DNA of 63,989 nucleotides, the filler included, from a bacterium (GTDB taxonomy: Bacteria > UBA9089 > CG2-30-40-21 > SBAY01): the NCBI GenBank assembly GCA_040757115.1. It is 5 parts of 5 records of this genome, joined end to end, with 100 filler letters (N's around TTAATTAATTAA, not from the genome) between each part and the next. Parts side by side here need not be neighbours in the genome. Positions count along the whole stretch, not along the records: positions 26,696 to 30,733 come from JBFLYA010000306.1; positions 30,834 to 34,787 come from JBFLYA010000308.1; positions 34,888 to 61,283 come from JBFLYA010000031.1; 2 more parts are not named here. One strand, given 5' to 3'. Made by a program: the position numbers and the translations under genes. The notes below the pieces were generated by a model, which saw only the letters and a program-made list of their open reading frames with translations, was not told where the DNA came from and did not search any database. This document shows positions 27,652 to 39,109 of this stretch, piece after piece (positions within the stretch are counted from its first letter, which is position 1; every line of letters begins with the position of its first letter).

Positions 27652-29166
27652 TTACTCCTTTACTCGCCATTTCGTCTCCTGTGGGGTGTCTTCTAAGATT
27701 ATATTTAAGGTATTCAAATCAGCCCGAATTTTATCTGCCATTTGCCAATCTTTTTTATCTCGTGCCATCTTACGGAGATTGACGATTATCTCCATTAATT
27801 TCGGCACTAATTCATCCTTTGGTTTTGTAGATATTTCCTTAAATAATCCAAATATATCGCCCAATTTATAGACGGTTTCTTGAGCTAATTTAAGTAATGC
27901 CCGGGCTGAAAATCGCGAGCATTCATATAAAGTATCCATTTGAGAGATAAATTTATTGATGGCGGTAACTAAATCATATAAAGAGGCTAATGCTATCGGT
28001 GTGTTAAAATCATCATCCATTGCTTGAATGAATCTTTCCTCTGTTTGTTTAATCGCCTCATAAAATTCACGGTCCTTTTCCTCCAGCCGGCTCGGGTCAA
28101 ATTTAATAAGTGTTTCTTGTTCCCCTGGTAATAATTGATAGAGCTGGGCATCAATTGATGTCGTTGATTCAATCTTAAGAAAGTCAGTTACATTTCTTAA
28201 GGTATTGTAGAATCGTTGAATTCCTGCCTTTGCCTGTTCTAAGTTTTCAACTGAAAATTCAACCGGGCTTTTGTAATATGTATTGAGGAAGAATAATCGA
28301 ATCACATCAATCGGGTAATTTTCTAAAACACTTTTTATTAAAAACTCATTACCAAGTGATTTAGACATTTTTTCTTCATTTAAGGTAACCATCCCATTAT
28401 GAATCCAAAAATTAGCGAATTTTTTACCGGTATAACTTTCAGACTGGGCGATTTCATTTTCATGATGTGGGAAGACTAAATCCTGACCACCACCGTGAAT
28501 ATCAAAGGTTTCACCTAAATATTTAATGGACATTGCCGAACATTCGATATGCCAGCCGGGCCTACCTTTGCCAAACGGACTATCCCATGCAGGTTCGCCT
28601 TCTTTTGCTGATTTCCACAGGGCAAAATCTTGCGGTGATTTTTTACGGGTATCAATTTCAAATCGTGTTCCGTGTATCATCTCATTTAAACTTCGACCGC
28701 TTAATTTACCATATTCTTTAAACTTACTTACTTCAAAAAATACATCGTTCTCAACCTGGTAAGCAAAGCCTTTTTCAATCAGAACCTTAATAAAATCAAT
28801 AATTTCCTGAATATGTTCAGTAACTCTCGGGTAATAAGTCGCCCTTTTAATACCCAATTTATCCATACATTTAAAATACTCATCGATATATTTTTTTGCC
28901 AGTTCTTCAGAGGAGGTATTTCGTTGTTTAGCTCGTTCGATTATCTTATCATCAATATCGGTAAAATTCTGGATAAAAATAACCTCATAGCCTTTATATT
29001 CCAGGTATTTTCGGATAATATCAAAGGTAATGTAGCACCGGGTATGTCCCATGTGGCAATCCGAATAAGGTGTCAGCCCGCAGACATACATCTTTATCTT
29101 GCCTTCTTGAATGGGCACAAATTCTTCTTTTTTTCGACTAAGTGTATTATAAATTTTCAATGCCAT
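27652..29166 (-). CDS. cysS: Cysteine--tRNA ligase
   Basis: MYVCGLT, HMGH, GRPGWHIECSAM, DIHGGG, KMSKS. Confidence 0.97.
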   Translation of the reverse strand: MALKIYNTLSRKKEEFVPIQEGKIKMYVCGLTPYSDCHMGHTRCYITFDIIRKYLEYKGYEVIFIQNFTDIDDKIIERAKQRNTSSEELAKKYIDEYFKCMDKLGIKRATYYPRVTEHIQEIIDFIKVLIEKGFAYQVENDVFFEVSKFKEYGKLSGRSLNEMIHGTRFEIDTRKKSPQDFALWKSAKEGEPAWDSPFGKGRPGWHIECSAMSIKYLGETFDIHGGGQDLVFPHHENEIAQSESYTGKKFANFWIHNGMVTLNEEKMSKSLGNEFLIKSVLENYPIDVIRLFFLNTYYKSPVEFSVENLEQAKAGIQRFYNTLRNVTDFLKIESTTSIDAQLYQLLPGEQETLIKFDPSRLEEKDREFYEAIKQTEERFIQAMDDDFNTPIALASLYDLVTAINKFISQMDTLYECSRFSARALLKLAQETVYKLGDIFGLFKEISTKPKDELVPKLMEIIVNLRKMARDKKDWQMADKIRADLNTLNIILEDTPQETKWRVKE

Positions 29167-29451
29167 ACTTTAGTTTTTGCCTTTCTCCCGAAGTATATAT
29201 GTATTTCCTAAATAACGGACTCATTTCGTTATTATCAACACCTTTGTAACTGCCGTATATGTTTTTCTTCCAAAGGTGAAAACAATTTCATCTTTTTTAG
29301 AAACAATTTCTTTATCAAAGAAATTATCAATCTTCTGGAATACAAGTGGAAAATCTCTCTTTAACTCCCAGCTTTGTTCAGGACTGTCTTTATCCAAAAG
29401 GACAACAAATAAATTGTTCCTGAACCACACCCCAAGAAAAAGTTTTGACTT

Positions 29452-30486
29452 TCAAGAAACACTCTCTATTTCAAATTTTATGTCTCTATTTTCTACTTCA
29501 TACTTAATGAATAAAATACCTCTTTCACTAAAATCGCTATTTCGTGCTTTTTGTTTTGCTCGGCCATTAAAATCGAATGCTATTAATATCGGTTGGATAG
29601 TTTCAATCTCGCTCCCTGCCAGCCTTCCAGCAACCCATTTAGAATATTCAATAACTTGAGAAACATCCTTATCATCAGCAGTATCCCGTTTTAATTCTAC
29701 AACACTGAATTTATACCTTAAAGGGAATCCAGTATATTTGATGTTTTTGTGATAACAAAGAATATCAATATTTTTCCTTGTAACATGATAAGGAACATTA
29801 TTGGCAAACCATTCTAAATCTTCGTTTGGACCAAAAATCTTTCTTAAATCCTCTCGCTTTGGATCATCAATATTTGCAATTAGCCATGCTCTTAAAATGT
29901 CTTCAAGATAAACTTTACCATCTTGCTCCAATGGTAGTAAAATTTTGTTTTTGTTATTTGATGGATAAGGATTAACTTGTGATGGCTTGTTAATAGCATT
30001 ACCATTGATTTTTACAAGTAATTCTATAAGTGCCTCAGTTGCTTCAGGATTTATCGTGTTGATACCTCTTGCCCCTTGAATTTTTCTGTAAAACCATCCC
30101 CAAAATTTTGATTCATATTCTTTTGTTGAAAATAGATAATCTTCAGGAACTGGCTGTGAAAAATAGTTTAATAATTCAATTTCTACTCTTATTGGCCAAG
30201 TTTCACCAACACAGCCAATTGGCGTAGAATCAAAAAACGGTTCACTTACAATTTTATATATACCGTGGAATCCAACTTGCCGTTCATAAAGAAAAACTAT
30301 ATCTCCAACTCGTGTGCCTAAAATGTCTCCTATCATTCCAAAATACGGTTTCTTGCCATTCTTTAAGTTTTCTTCAACTACCTCGTTAAGTGTATTGGGA
30401 ATTCCTTTGATTCCCACACCCCAAAAACTGTTGTCTCTAACTACCGGAAATGTGTTTTCATCTGTAATAAAAACATGAGCTCTCAT
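29452..30486 (-). CDS. PUA/EVE-like N-domain + NucS-like PD-(D/E)xK nuclease
   Basis: N-terminal WG..GDIVFLY..GIY; C-terminal E..L..W, IDIL, VVELK, QVIEY. Confidence 0.6.
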   Translation of the reverse strand: MRAHVFITDENTFPVVRDNSFWGVGIKGIPNTLNEVVEENLKNGKKPYFGMIGDILGTRVGDIVFLYERQVGFHGIYKIVSEPFFDSTPIGCVGETWPIRVEIELLNYFSQPVPEDYLFSTKEYESKFWGWFYRKIQGARGINTINPEATEALIELLVKINGNAINKPSQVNPYPSNNKNKILLPLEQDGKVYLEDILRAWLIANIDDPKREDLRKIFGPNEDLEWFANNVPYHVTRKNIDILCYHKNIKYTGFPLRYKFSVVELKRDTADDKDVSQVIEYSKWVAGRLAGSEIETIQPILIAFDFNGRAKQKARNSDFSERGILFIKYEVENRDIKFEIESVS

Positions 30487-31074
30487 ACTATTAAACCTTT
30501 AGGATATAAAATTTCTTGTTTTATTATCCTTTTAATATTTTCTCTAACACCCATTTCATCGTATACGAACATACTTGAAGCAAATGGTTTGTCGTAAATA
30601 AGATTACTGATAATTCCTAAATTTACAGAACAGACTAAAGCATATAGAGTTAAAGATTAGGTCAAATGAAAATGCTCAACTATTGAGGAACAAGAGTATA
30701 ACCATTTATAAATAAAGTAGTTGTAATTCTTTGNNNNNNNNNNNNNNNNNNNNNNNNNNNNNNNNNNNNNNNNNNNNTTAATTAATTAANNNNNNNNNNN
30801 NNNNNNNNNNNNNNNNNNNNNNNNNNNNNNNNNATAATTAATTTTTTAATTTTATTTTCAACCCCCACCCCCCAATCTTGGGGGCTTTAATAAGGAATTA
30901 GGATTGTGGCATTCAAAATGACCAACAATATATATTATACGAGGACGATGAAAATAAAGGAAGGATGCGGGCGGGGATGCTGAAGTCGAACAACGCAGGC
31001 TAAAGCTTGCGGCTACCAGCCTTCCCGAGTCCCGAACCCCGAGTCCCGAGTCCCGATTTTCAGGAGAGAGACTA

Positions 31075-32139
31075 ATGGATTTAAAAAAATTTATTGATAC
31101 CCCGGCACAATGGTTAAATAGTAGTGGGAATTATTCTAATATTGTTATCAGTACCAGGGTAAGATTAGCCCGAAATATTGAGGGTATCCCATTTGCCCAT
31201 TGTGCGAAAGAATCTGACCTTGATAAGGTTATATTCCAGATAAAAGAGGCAATTAAAAATAATCCCTATCTGACAAATGTAACAATGGTTGAATTAAACA
31301 AGGTGAATGACCTTGTTAAACAACTATTAATGGAGCGGCATTTAATTAGCCGCGAACTGGCAGAGAGTAAAAAAGGCGTCGTCTTTATTGGCGACAAAGA
31401 GATAATGAACATTATGGTTAATGAAGAAGACCATCTGCGAATACAAACCTTTGCCTCCGGGTTAGACTCAAGGACTACCTGGGAGATGATTAATAAAATA
31501 GATGATGAATTGTCTAAATACCTGAACTACGCTTATTCATCGAATTGGGGCTATTTAACTGCCTGTCCAACTAATGTTGGCACAGGGATGCGGACATCGG
31601 TGATGATACATTTGCCGGCACTGAATATTACGAATCAGATACGAAAAATTCTTCATGCCATCTCACAAGTAGGATTGGCTATTCGAGGACTTTATGGAGA
31701 GGGCACAGAGGCTCTGGGTAATTTTTTCCAGATATCCAATCAGGTAACACTTGGCAGAAATGAGCAGGAAATTACAGATAATACTGAAAAAATTACCAAT
31801 CAAATCATAGGACATGAGGAAAAGGCACGGGAGATATTAATGAAAAATAACCGTATTCAATTAGAAGACCAGATTATGCGTGCTTATGCGACCTTAGCTC
31901 ATGCCCGGGTTATAGGCTCAAAAGAGGCATTAGAACTATTATCATTAGTTAGATTAGGCGTGGGAATTGGATTGATAAAAGATATTTCGTTGAAGATTAT
32001 CAATGAACTTCTGGTTATTTCTCAACCAGCACATGTTCAATTATTCTCAGGAGAAATTTTGAGTTCGCCAGCTCGGGATGTTAAGCGGGCACTCATAATC
32101 CAAAAAAATTTAACAAGAGGTGAAGAAAGAAATGTTTGA
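31075..32139 (+). CDS. mcsB: Protein-arginine kinase
   Basis: [29 protein letters not shown]; adjacent to clpC. Confidence 0.95.
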   Translation: MDLKKFIDTPAQWLNSSGNYSNIVISTRVRLARNIEGIPFAHCAKESDLDKVIFQIKEAIKNNPYLTNVTMVELNKVNDLVKQLLMERHLISRELAESKKGVVFIGDKEIMNIMVNEEDHLRIQTFASGLDSRTTWEMINKIDDELSKYLNYAYSSNWGYLTACPTNVGTGMRTSVMIHLPALNITNQIRKILHAISQVGLAIRGLYGEGTEALGNFFQISNQVTLGRNEQEITDNTEKITNQIIGHEEKAREILMKNNRIQLEDQIMRAYATLAHARVIGSKEALELLSLVRLGVGIGLIKDISLKIINELLVISQPAHVQLFSGEILSSPARDVKRALIIQKNLTRGEERNV

Positions 32140-34567
32140 ACGATTTACAGAAAGAGCAAGAATGGTCTTGCAATTGGCACAGGAAGAGTCGAAACGACTT
32201 GGGCATGATTACCTTGGCACAGAACATATTCTGTTAGCCTTAATTCGTGAAGGAGGAGGTGTGGCGGCAGAGGTTTTAAAAAGCCTTGGTGTTAATCTTG
32301 AATCGCTACGAATAGAGATAGAAAAGCAGGTTCCCTCAGGTGCAGATATGCTGACGATAGGCGATGTTCCTTTTACCCCTCATTCCAAAAAGGTGTTAGA
32401 ATTAGCGGTAGATGAGGCACGGGTGCTACACCATAATTATATTGGAACTGAACATCTATTGTTAGGCTTAATTCGAGAAGGAGAAAGTGTTGGAGCAAAG
32501 GTATTGATGGCTATGGGTATAAATTTGGAGCAGGTGCGTGACGGCGTAATTAAATTATTAGGTGGAGAAATGCCATCAGCCATTGCTGGTGCACCAGGAC
32601 AAAAGAAAACAACAACACCGGTCTTAGATGCCTTCTCCCGAGATTTAACCACATTAGCCAAAGATGATAAATTAGACCCTGTCGTTGGCCGCAAAGATGA
32701 AATAGAACGAGTAACTCAAATATTATCTCGAAGAACTAAGAATAATCCAGTATTGATTGGTGACCCGGGGGTAGGCAAAACAGCCATTGTCGAAGGATTG
32801 GCACAAATGATAGTTAGCGGCAGAGTTCCTGAAGTATTGGCTAATAAACGAGTATTATGTTTAGATTTAGCCGCAGTGGTTGCCGGAACTAAATATCGTG
32901 GTGAATTTGAAGAAAGACTTAAAAGAATAATGAATGAAATCAAGCAAAGTCCAGATGTCATTCTATTTATAGATGAAATTCATACCTTAGTTGGTGCTGG
33001 TGGTGCCGAAGGAGCAATAGATGCCTCTGCGATTTTAAAACCAGCCTTAGCCCGCGGGGAATTACAATGTATCGGAGCCACAACCTTAGATGAATACCGT
33101 AAATATGTGGAGCGAGATGCCGCCTTAGAGCGTCGATTCCAGACAGTTATGGTTGATGAACCTTCAGTTCAAGAAACTTTTGAGATTTTAAAAGGATTGA
33201 GAGATAAATATGAGGCACATCATCGCGTCAAATTTAGTGATGCGTCATTAGATGCCGCGGCTAAACTTGCACATCGATATATTGCCGATAGATTCCTTCC
33301 GGATAAAGCTATTGATTTAATGGATGAAGCTGGGGCAAAGGCACGACTACGCATTATGACTAAACCACCTGACCTTAAAGATATGGAAAAGGAATTAGAG
33401 CAAATAATTAAAGAAAAAAATGCCACTATCACTTCACAAGAATATGAGAAAGCCGCAACCTTGCGTGATAAAGAAAAAGAAATTAGAAAAAAAATTGAGG
33501 AGACAAAGAAAAAATGGGAAAGTGAACATCAGGAAGAAGCTACAAATGTTATCATCGAGGAAGATATTGCGGATATTGTCTCCAAATGGACGGGTGTTCC
33601 TGTCTTCAAACTGGTCGAAAAGGAATCTGAGAAATTATTACGGATGGAGGAAGAAATTCATAAACGGATTATCGGCCAGGATGAGGCTATTTCTGCCCTG
33701 TCAAGAGCAATGCGCCGCGCCAGAACCGGCTTGAAAGACCCAAAAAGACCAATGGGCTCATTTATCTTTTTGGGACCTACTGGTGTTGGCAAAACAGAAC
33801 TCGCCAGGGCGTTAGCCGAATTCTTATTTGATGACGAGGAGGCTTTGATACAAATTGATATGTCAGAATTTATGGAAAAATTCGCCGTCTCCAGATTAGT
33901 CGGTGCTCCTCCAGGATATGTTGGCTATGAAGAAGGTGGAGAATTAACAGAAAAGGTAAGAAGAAAACCTTATTCAGTTATTCTCTTAGATGAAATTGAA
34001 AAGGCTCATCCAGATGTGTTTAATATTCTACTCCAGATATTTGAAGAGGGACACCTCACCGATAACCTTGGACATACAGTTGACTTTAGAAATGCGGTGC
34101 TTATTATGACCTCTAATGCCGGAGCAAGAGATATATTTGAAGCCAAAGATATTGGATTTAGAAAGGCTACGGCTGAAAAAACTTATGAGGATATTAAAGA
34201 TAAGGTGCTGGCGGAGATGAAGAAGATATTTAATCCAGAATTCCTTAATAGAATTGATGACACCATTGTTTTTCACCCATTAACTCATGATGATGTTAAG
34301 ATGATTGTCCAGTTAATGATTGATAAGTTAAATGAACGATTAGAAGAACAAAAGATAACACTGGAATTAACTCAAGAGGGAATATCTTTCTTATCGGAAA
34401 AAGGCTATGACCCGGCTTACGGGGCAAGACCACTGCGTAGAGCCATCCAGAAATATGTCGAAGACCCATTATCTGAAGAAATCCTTAAAGGTAAATTCCA
34501 TAAAGGTGGTAAGATAAGCGTGAATAGGGAAGAGGATAAATTGGTATTTAAAAAGAAAAAAGGTTGA
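32132..34567 (+). CDS. clpC: ATP-dependent Clp protease ATP-binding subunit
   Basis: MFERFTERA, two AAA+ Walker A motifs, UVR M-domain, GAPPGYVGY. Confidence 0.97.
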   Translation: MFERFTERARMVLQLAQEESKRLGHDYLGTEHILLALIREGGGVAAEVLKSLGVNLESLRIEIEKQVPSGADMLTIGDVPFTPHSKKVLELAVDEARVLHHNYIGTEHLLLGLIREGESVGAKVLMAMGINLEQVRDGVIKLLGGEMPSAIAGAPGQKKTTTPVLDAFSRDLTTLAKDDKLDPVVGRKDEIERVTQILSRRTKNNPVLIGDPGVGKTAIVEGLAQMIVSGRVPEVLANKRVLCLDLAAVVAGTKYRGEFEERLKRIMNEIKQSPDVILFIDEIHTLVGAGGAEGAIDASAILKPALARGELQCIGATTLDEYRKYVERDAALERRFQTVMVDEPSVQETFEILKGLRDKYEAHHRVKFSDASLDAAAKLAHRYIADRFLPDKAIDLMDEAGAKARLRIMTKPPDLKDMEKELEQIIKEKNATITSQEYEKAATLRDKEKEIRKKIEETKKKWESEHQEEATNVIIEEDIADIVSKWTGVPVFKLVEKESEKLLRMEEEIHKRIIGQDEAISALSRAMRRARTGLKDPKRPMGSFIFLGPTGVGKTELARALAEFLFDDEEALIQIDMSEFMEKFAVSRLVGAPPGYVGYEEGGELTEKVRRKPYSVILLDEIEKAHPDVFNILLQIFEEGHLTDNLGHTVDFRNAVLIMTSNAGARDIFEAKDIGFRKATAEKTYEDIKDKVLAEMKKIFNPEFLNRIDDTIVFHPLTHDDVKMIVQLMIDKLNERLEEQKITLELTQEGISFLSEKGYDPAYGARPLRRAIQKYVEDPLSEEILKGKFHKGGKISVNREEDKLVFKKKKG

Positions 34568-34600
34568 ATGTAATCCTTCAGCCATCAGGTTGCAAATATT

Positions 34601-34787
34601 GTAACCGTTCAGCCACAGAGGCACAGAGTTCACAGAGAATTAGAGAAATTAGCTACATAAGGACACGAATTAACCTGTGACATTCGATAAATGTAGTGCG
34701 AACCTTATGGTTTTTGCAAAATTAACTTCCACTTTTCTGGAATACCATAAAATAAATTAAAAATCAAACATCAAAATGTAAAATTAC
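34601..34787. mobile_element. Left part of GTAACCGTTCAG MITE (copy of 39110 element), cut by contig end
   Basis: First ~105 bp match 39110-39216. Confidence 0.8.
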
Positions 34788-34968
34788 NNNNNNNNNNNNN
34801 NNNNNNNNNNNNNNNNNNNNNNNNNNNNNNNTTAATTAATTAANNNNNNNNNNNNNNNNNNNNNNNNNNNNNNNNNNNNNNNNNNNNTTTGAGAAATAAT
34901 CCCAAAGGCTAATCCGGCTACAAACCAGCGAACTACTTTCATCCTTTCTCACCTCCTTAAGAAAAAAG

Positions 34969-35533
34969 GTAACTATTCAGCCACAGATGGACACGGATGA
35001 AACACTAAAAATTCGGTGGTGTCTGAAAATAACTCTAATAGTGAAATCTATGCAGATTTGGTGTCCAAAAGGGATTTCCTCCAAAGAGCAAAATGCAAAA
35101 AGCAAATATAAAAATTACATATCAAAATGTAAAATTATCTCTTTCCTTTCAGCGTTAAAATACTTGAAGCAAAGATATTACCAAATTCCTCCAACTCTTT
35201 GAGAAATCCTGTTACTTCCTCTTTGAAATTTGATTTGTAATTTTGCATTTTGATATTTAATATTTGATATTTATTTGTTGTCTCCCTCAAATCCTATTTT
35301 GCAGAACCCTATACACTATTTTAACCTTTATGCTAGATTAAGACACCACTAAAAATTCATGAATCGTGTCCGGTATCCGTGTCCGTTTGTCCTTTGCCTT
35401 CTACCCTCTGCCCTCTACCCTCTGCTATTTATCCGTGCTAATCCGTGTTAATCAGCGGTTGAATAGTTATTTTATTTCTATATTTTCTCTGTTCCTCTGC
35501 GTCTGTGCGGTAAAGGACTACCTGAACGGTTAC
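34969..35533. mobile_element. Nested MITE cluster including a GGTGGTGTCT element at 35014-35350
   Basis: GTAACTATTCAG start, TGAATAGTTA and CTGAACGGTTAC ends; inner element near-identical to 39945-40300. Confidence 0.8.
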
Positions 35534-36042
35534 CCTTTATCGAATTTCGTTTTAGTAATAAAATGAGTAATAATAATAACTAAGGCGATTAATGAGAGTA
35601 ATAAAGCTATTCTTACTCTGACTAAATTTATGGGATGTTTTACTAAATTGCCCGGTTTGATTATCTCTAATGATGTGGCGTGAATATCGAGTTCACCTCC
35701 GTGATTGGGACAGGCACGATGGAAAATCCCTTTTACCATTATTCTATCTCCAATGGCTTTATAACAACCGTGGTAAGTAATCTTTGGGAGTTGCGAGATT
35801 TGAACAAAAACACCAATGGCAAAATTTCCATCGCTAATATTAAGCCAGGCAATATTTCCTCTTTTCATTACCGAACCAATGACCTCACCCTCATAATAAA
35901 CCATTTTCCCATCGTATTCTTTTGCCTTTTCAATTAATTCGGTCGATGAAATAGGAGATGCATAAACAAGATTCTTTATAACCACAAAGAACATAAAAAA
36001 TACAAAGCTTTTAAATTGATTTTGGATTTTGGATTGATTCAT
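35530..36042 (-). CDS. Membrane-anchored OB-fold protein in trk operon
   Basis: GEVIG..WLNISDG..G.FHRAC..HGGELDIHA, flanked by hydrophobic segments. Confidence 0.7.
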   Translation of the reverse strand: MNQSKIQNQFKSFVFFMFFVVIKNLVYASPISSTELIEKAKEYDGKMVYYEGEVIGSVMKRGNIAWLNISDGNFAIGVFVQISQLPKITYHGCYKAIGDRIMVKGIFHRACPNHGGELDIHATSLEIIKPGNLVKHPINLVRVRIALLLSLIALVIIITHFITKTKFDKG

Positions 36043-37598
36043 CTTATTACCCTCTTTTTAGAAGACCATAATTGGGTAGTTGAGATAACAAAACTAATCA
36101 AGGCAAAAATAGACATAAATTCTAATCTTCCTGCCCACATTTCAAATATATAGGTTATTTTAAGTAAAAATGGCATTTGAGGAGAAACAATTCCACAACT
36201 AAGTCCAGTGCCGCTTCCTGCGGAAACTGAATCAAACAGAGCATCTAATAATGGATAATCACAAATAACTCCAACAAATGTCCCCAGTCCATAACTAAAT
36301 AAAAAACAAAAAATAATGAACATTGTTGAGCGAACGATTTTATCTTCTAATACAATATCTTTGATATGGTGAAACTTTTCCTTTACGACCGCTGATTTAG
36401 GGAGTGAAAGGGATTTTATATCCTGAAGCATTCCTTTAAATAAAATACCTATTCTTAAGGATTTAATTGCTCCTGATGTCGAACCACTATTACCTCCAAT
36501 TCCCATAGCGATGATTAAACCTATCATTGCTAATGGTCCCCAGTCGGTTAAGAATTGTTGTGAATAAATCGTCGAATGGCCAGCAGTGCCAAGTGCTGAG
36601 ATAACAAGATAAAGTGCCTTTCTAAAAAAGGTAGTGAAGTTTGAATAAACTTGTTGTTGGACAAGTCCATTTATGATGATAAAGAAAACTATTAAGAATA
36701 TGCTTATAAAACTAATGATTTCAATATTTTTGTATATTTCTTTGCGGTTTCCCGTAAAAAGTGCGTAATGAATTGAGAAATTAATTACGCCAAGGATAAT
36801 TACTACTGCGGTAATTATTTCAATAGTTAAACTATGGTAATAAAGTAAACTCATACTTTGTGGTGCAAAACCACAAGTTGCCCATGAACTTATATATAAC
36901 CACATACTATGCCAGAATGCCTCTAATTTCGGTAATCCTATATTTACATAAGCAAACCAGAGAACTAATGTCCCAAGACAAAAATAACCCAGACTAATCG
37001 CCCAGATTATTCTTGCGGTCTGAACGATGTTAGGTAAAATTCTATCTTCCCTGCCCTCCCCAACATACATTCCATAGACACCGCTGGTGCGAATTAATAA
37101 TGTCAGAGCAACAAGAATCATTCCTTGACCACCAATAAAGGTCATCGTGAATCGCCACATATTAACTGTGTAAGAAGTATGGTCTAAATCTTGAATTAAA
37201 GATAATCCAACCGTGGCTAAACCACTCATAGCATCAAAACATGCATCTGTGTAAGAAACAAAATGGCCACTCATGAAAAGTGGGATGGCGCCTAAAAACA
37301 TCGTTAAAATCCAGGAAACTGAAGCAATGACCATTCCTTCTATCCATGAAAGGTCAGTTGAAACAGGACAGATTAAAAGGAGGATATAACCAATAATCAT
37401 GCAACACAAAAAACTAATGAAAAAATTTATTCCTTCGTTATACTCATTCATCAGAAAGGAAACAGCAATAGGAATAATCATTAAAAGCCCATATCCAACA
37501 ATTAGCCTGCCACTATAATAACCAATAGTTTTAATATCCTGTAAGGTAGGTTTTGGAATCATTTTATATACCACACCAGTCCCGCGATAATCAAACAA
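36039..37598 (-). CDS. trkH: Trk potassium uptake membrane protein
   Basis: FDAMSGLATVG, GGNSGSTSGAIK, WAGRLE. Confidence 0.9.
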   Translation of the reverse strand: MFDYRGTGVVYKMIPKPTLQDIKTIGYYSGRLIVGYGLLMIIPIAVSFLMNEYNEGINFFISFLCCMIIGYILLLICPVSTDLSWIEGMVIASVSWILTMFLGAIPLFMSGHFVSYTDACFDAMSGLATVGLSLIQDLDHTSYTVNMWRFTMTFIGGQGMILVALTLLIRTSGVYGMYVGEGREDRILPNIVQTARIIWAISLGYFCLGTLVLWFAYVNIGLPKLEAFWHSMWLYISSWATCGFAPQSMSLLYYHSLTIEIITAVVIILGVINFSIHYALFTGNRKEIYKNIEIISFISIFLIVFFIIINGLVQQQVYSNFTTFFRKALYLVISALGTAGHSTIYSQQFLTDWGPLAMIGLIIAMGIGGNSGSTSGAIKSLRIGILFKGMLQDIKSLSLPKSAVVKEKFHHIKDIVLEDKIVRSTMFIIFCFLFSYGLGTFVGVICDYPLLDALFDSVSAGSGTGLSCGIVSPQMPFLLKITYIFEMWAGRLEFMSIFALISFVISTTQLWSSKKRVIR

Positions 37599-37679
37599 AG
37601 GACAATGATAATAAAAATAGCTAAAATTTCAATCAAAAACCCCATAACAGGGTTAAAAATTTTTGTTATTGTTTTTCTA

Positions 37680-38357
37680 TTATTCATTTATATCAATTTC
37701 TCCTAAGAAAATATTGAGTAATGCCTGTTCATTTTCAATCGTCGTCAGGGCAATTATATCATCTCCTTTTTCTAACTTAGTTTTGCCGTTGGGAATGATA
37801 AGGTCTTCGCCTCTAACAATAGAGGCAATAACTGAGTTAGATGGTAATTTAATTTTCTCTATTGGTTTATTTATAACCGGTGAGTTATCCATAAGGTCAA
37901 CGCGGACAATTGCTAATTTACCTTTCTGGACAGTCATCAGGTTAATAAAGTCTTCAAGGGATGTTTCTTCCTCAATTATTCGAGCAATAATTGCGGTGCT
38001 ATTGATGGGCACATCCACTCCTAAATCATTAAAAATCTGTTCATTTTTGGGGTCATTTACTCGGGCGACAGTGCGAGGGACATTAAAGTATTCCTTCGCC
38101 AATTGACAGACAACAATATTATCTTCGTCATCACCGGTTACAGCCGCAACAACATCAGCCTTTTCAATCCCGGCATCTTCTAAATAATGTGCCTCACAAC
38201 CATCTCCTTCGATTGTAAGTACATTTTCTAATTCTTCGGCAATTTCAGAACAGATATTTGTATCTTTTTCTATTAAGGCAACCTGATGCTTATCCTGGCA
38301 AAGTGTTTTAGCCAGTTGATACCCAATCTTTCCTCCACCAACAATAACTATATACAT
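37680..38357 (-). CDS. trkA: TrkA-family RCK protein
   Basis: GGGKIG Rossmann motif plus TrkA-C domain. Confidence 0.92.
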   Translation of the reverse strand: MYIVIVGGGKIGYQLAKTLCQDKHQVALIEKDTNICSEIAEELENVLTIEGDGCEAHYLEDAGIEKADVVAAVTGDDEDNIVVCQLAKEYFNVPRTVARVNDPKNEQIFNDLGVDVPINSTAIIARIIEEETSLEDFINLMTVQKGKLAIVRVDLMDNSPVINKPIEKIKLPSNSVIASIVRGEDLIIPNGKTKLEKGDDIIALTTIENEQALLNIFLGEIDINE

Positions 38358-38374
38358 TTTAGCCCTCTTGTTTA

Positions 38375-38483
38375 GTAAACATTCAAAAGTTAGTTTTCAG
38401 CCATTAGTATTTAGATTCAGCATTCTACATCTTGTATCTTGCATCCTCTCTTAACTGCTGATATCTGCTCGCTGAACGCTTAC
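38375..38483. mobile_element. Degenerate GTAA..TTCA MITE between trkA genes
   Basis: GTAAACATTCAA ... CTGAACGCTTAC with heptamer relics. Confidence 0.5.
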
Positions 38484-39088
38484 CTTTTAACAATAATTAA
38501 TAAAATATCCTTTTCTTTAGTAATTATTTCTTCTTCTGGAAATAGAATTTCCTTATCACGAAGCACGGCAAGGGTTTTACCCTGTTGTTTTGTTTCTATT
38601 TCTTTTAAAGTTAAACCAGATGTATCTTCATTTATTTTAAATTCAATTATTTCTATCTCATTTACTTCGGATAAGTGATGAACAAAATGTCCAGAGGTAA
38701 TTTTTTCTTTGATCATTTTCGCCATTAAGGTTGTTCCACCAATTACATTTAATCCTAATTGGTGATATAGTTGTGTTCGTTTTGGGTCATATATTCTGGT
38801 TATCACAGTAGGTATTTTAAATATTTTCCTTGCGACCTGTGTTGCGACCACATTGGTATTATCGCCGTTTGTCACCACAGCAACTGCATCTGCATTTTCA
38901 ATACCCGCTTCTTTCAAAAGCTCAACATCATAACCATTACCAACCATAGTTCTACCATTAAAATTTGTGCCCAGTCGTTTGAAGGAAGAGTTACTTTTAT
39001 CAATCACAACAACATTATGTCCTTCTAAACTTAAAGTAGTTGCTAATTGAGACCCGACTCGACCACAACCAATGATGATAATATACAT
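38480..39088 (-). CDS. trkA: TrkA-family RCK protein
   Basis: GCGRVG Rossmann motif, GDNTN. Confidence 0.9.
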   Translation of the reverse strand: MYIIIIGCGRVGSQLATTLSLEGHNVVVIDKSNSSFKRLGTNFNGRTMVGNGYDVELLKEAGIENADAVAVVTNGDNTNVVATQVARKIFKIPTVITRIYDPKRTQLYHQLGLNVIGGTTLMAKMIKEKITSGHFVHHLSEVNEIEIIEFKINEDTSGLTLKEIETKQQGKTLAVLRDKEILFPEEEIITKEKDILLIIVKR

Positions 39089-39109
39089 TTATTTTCCCTC
39101 CAAAATTAT

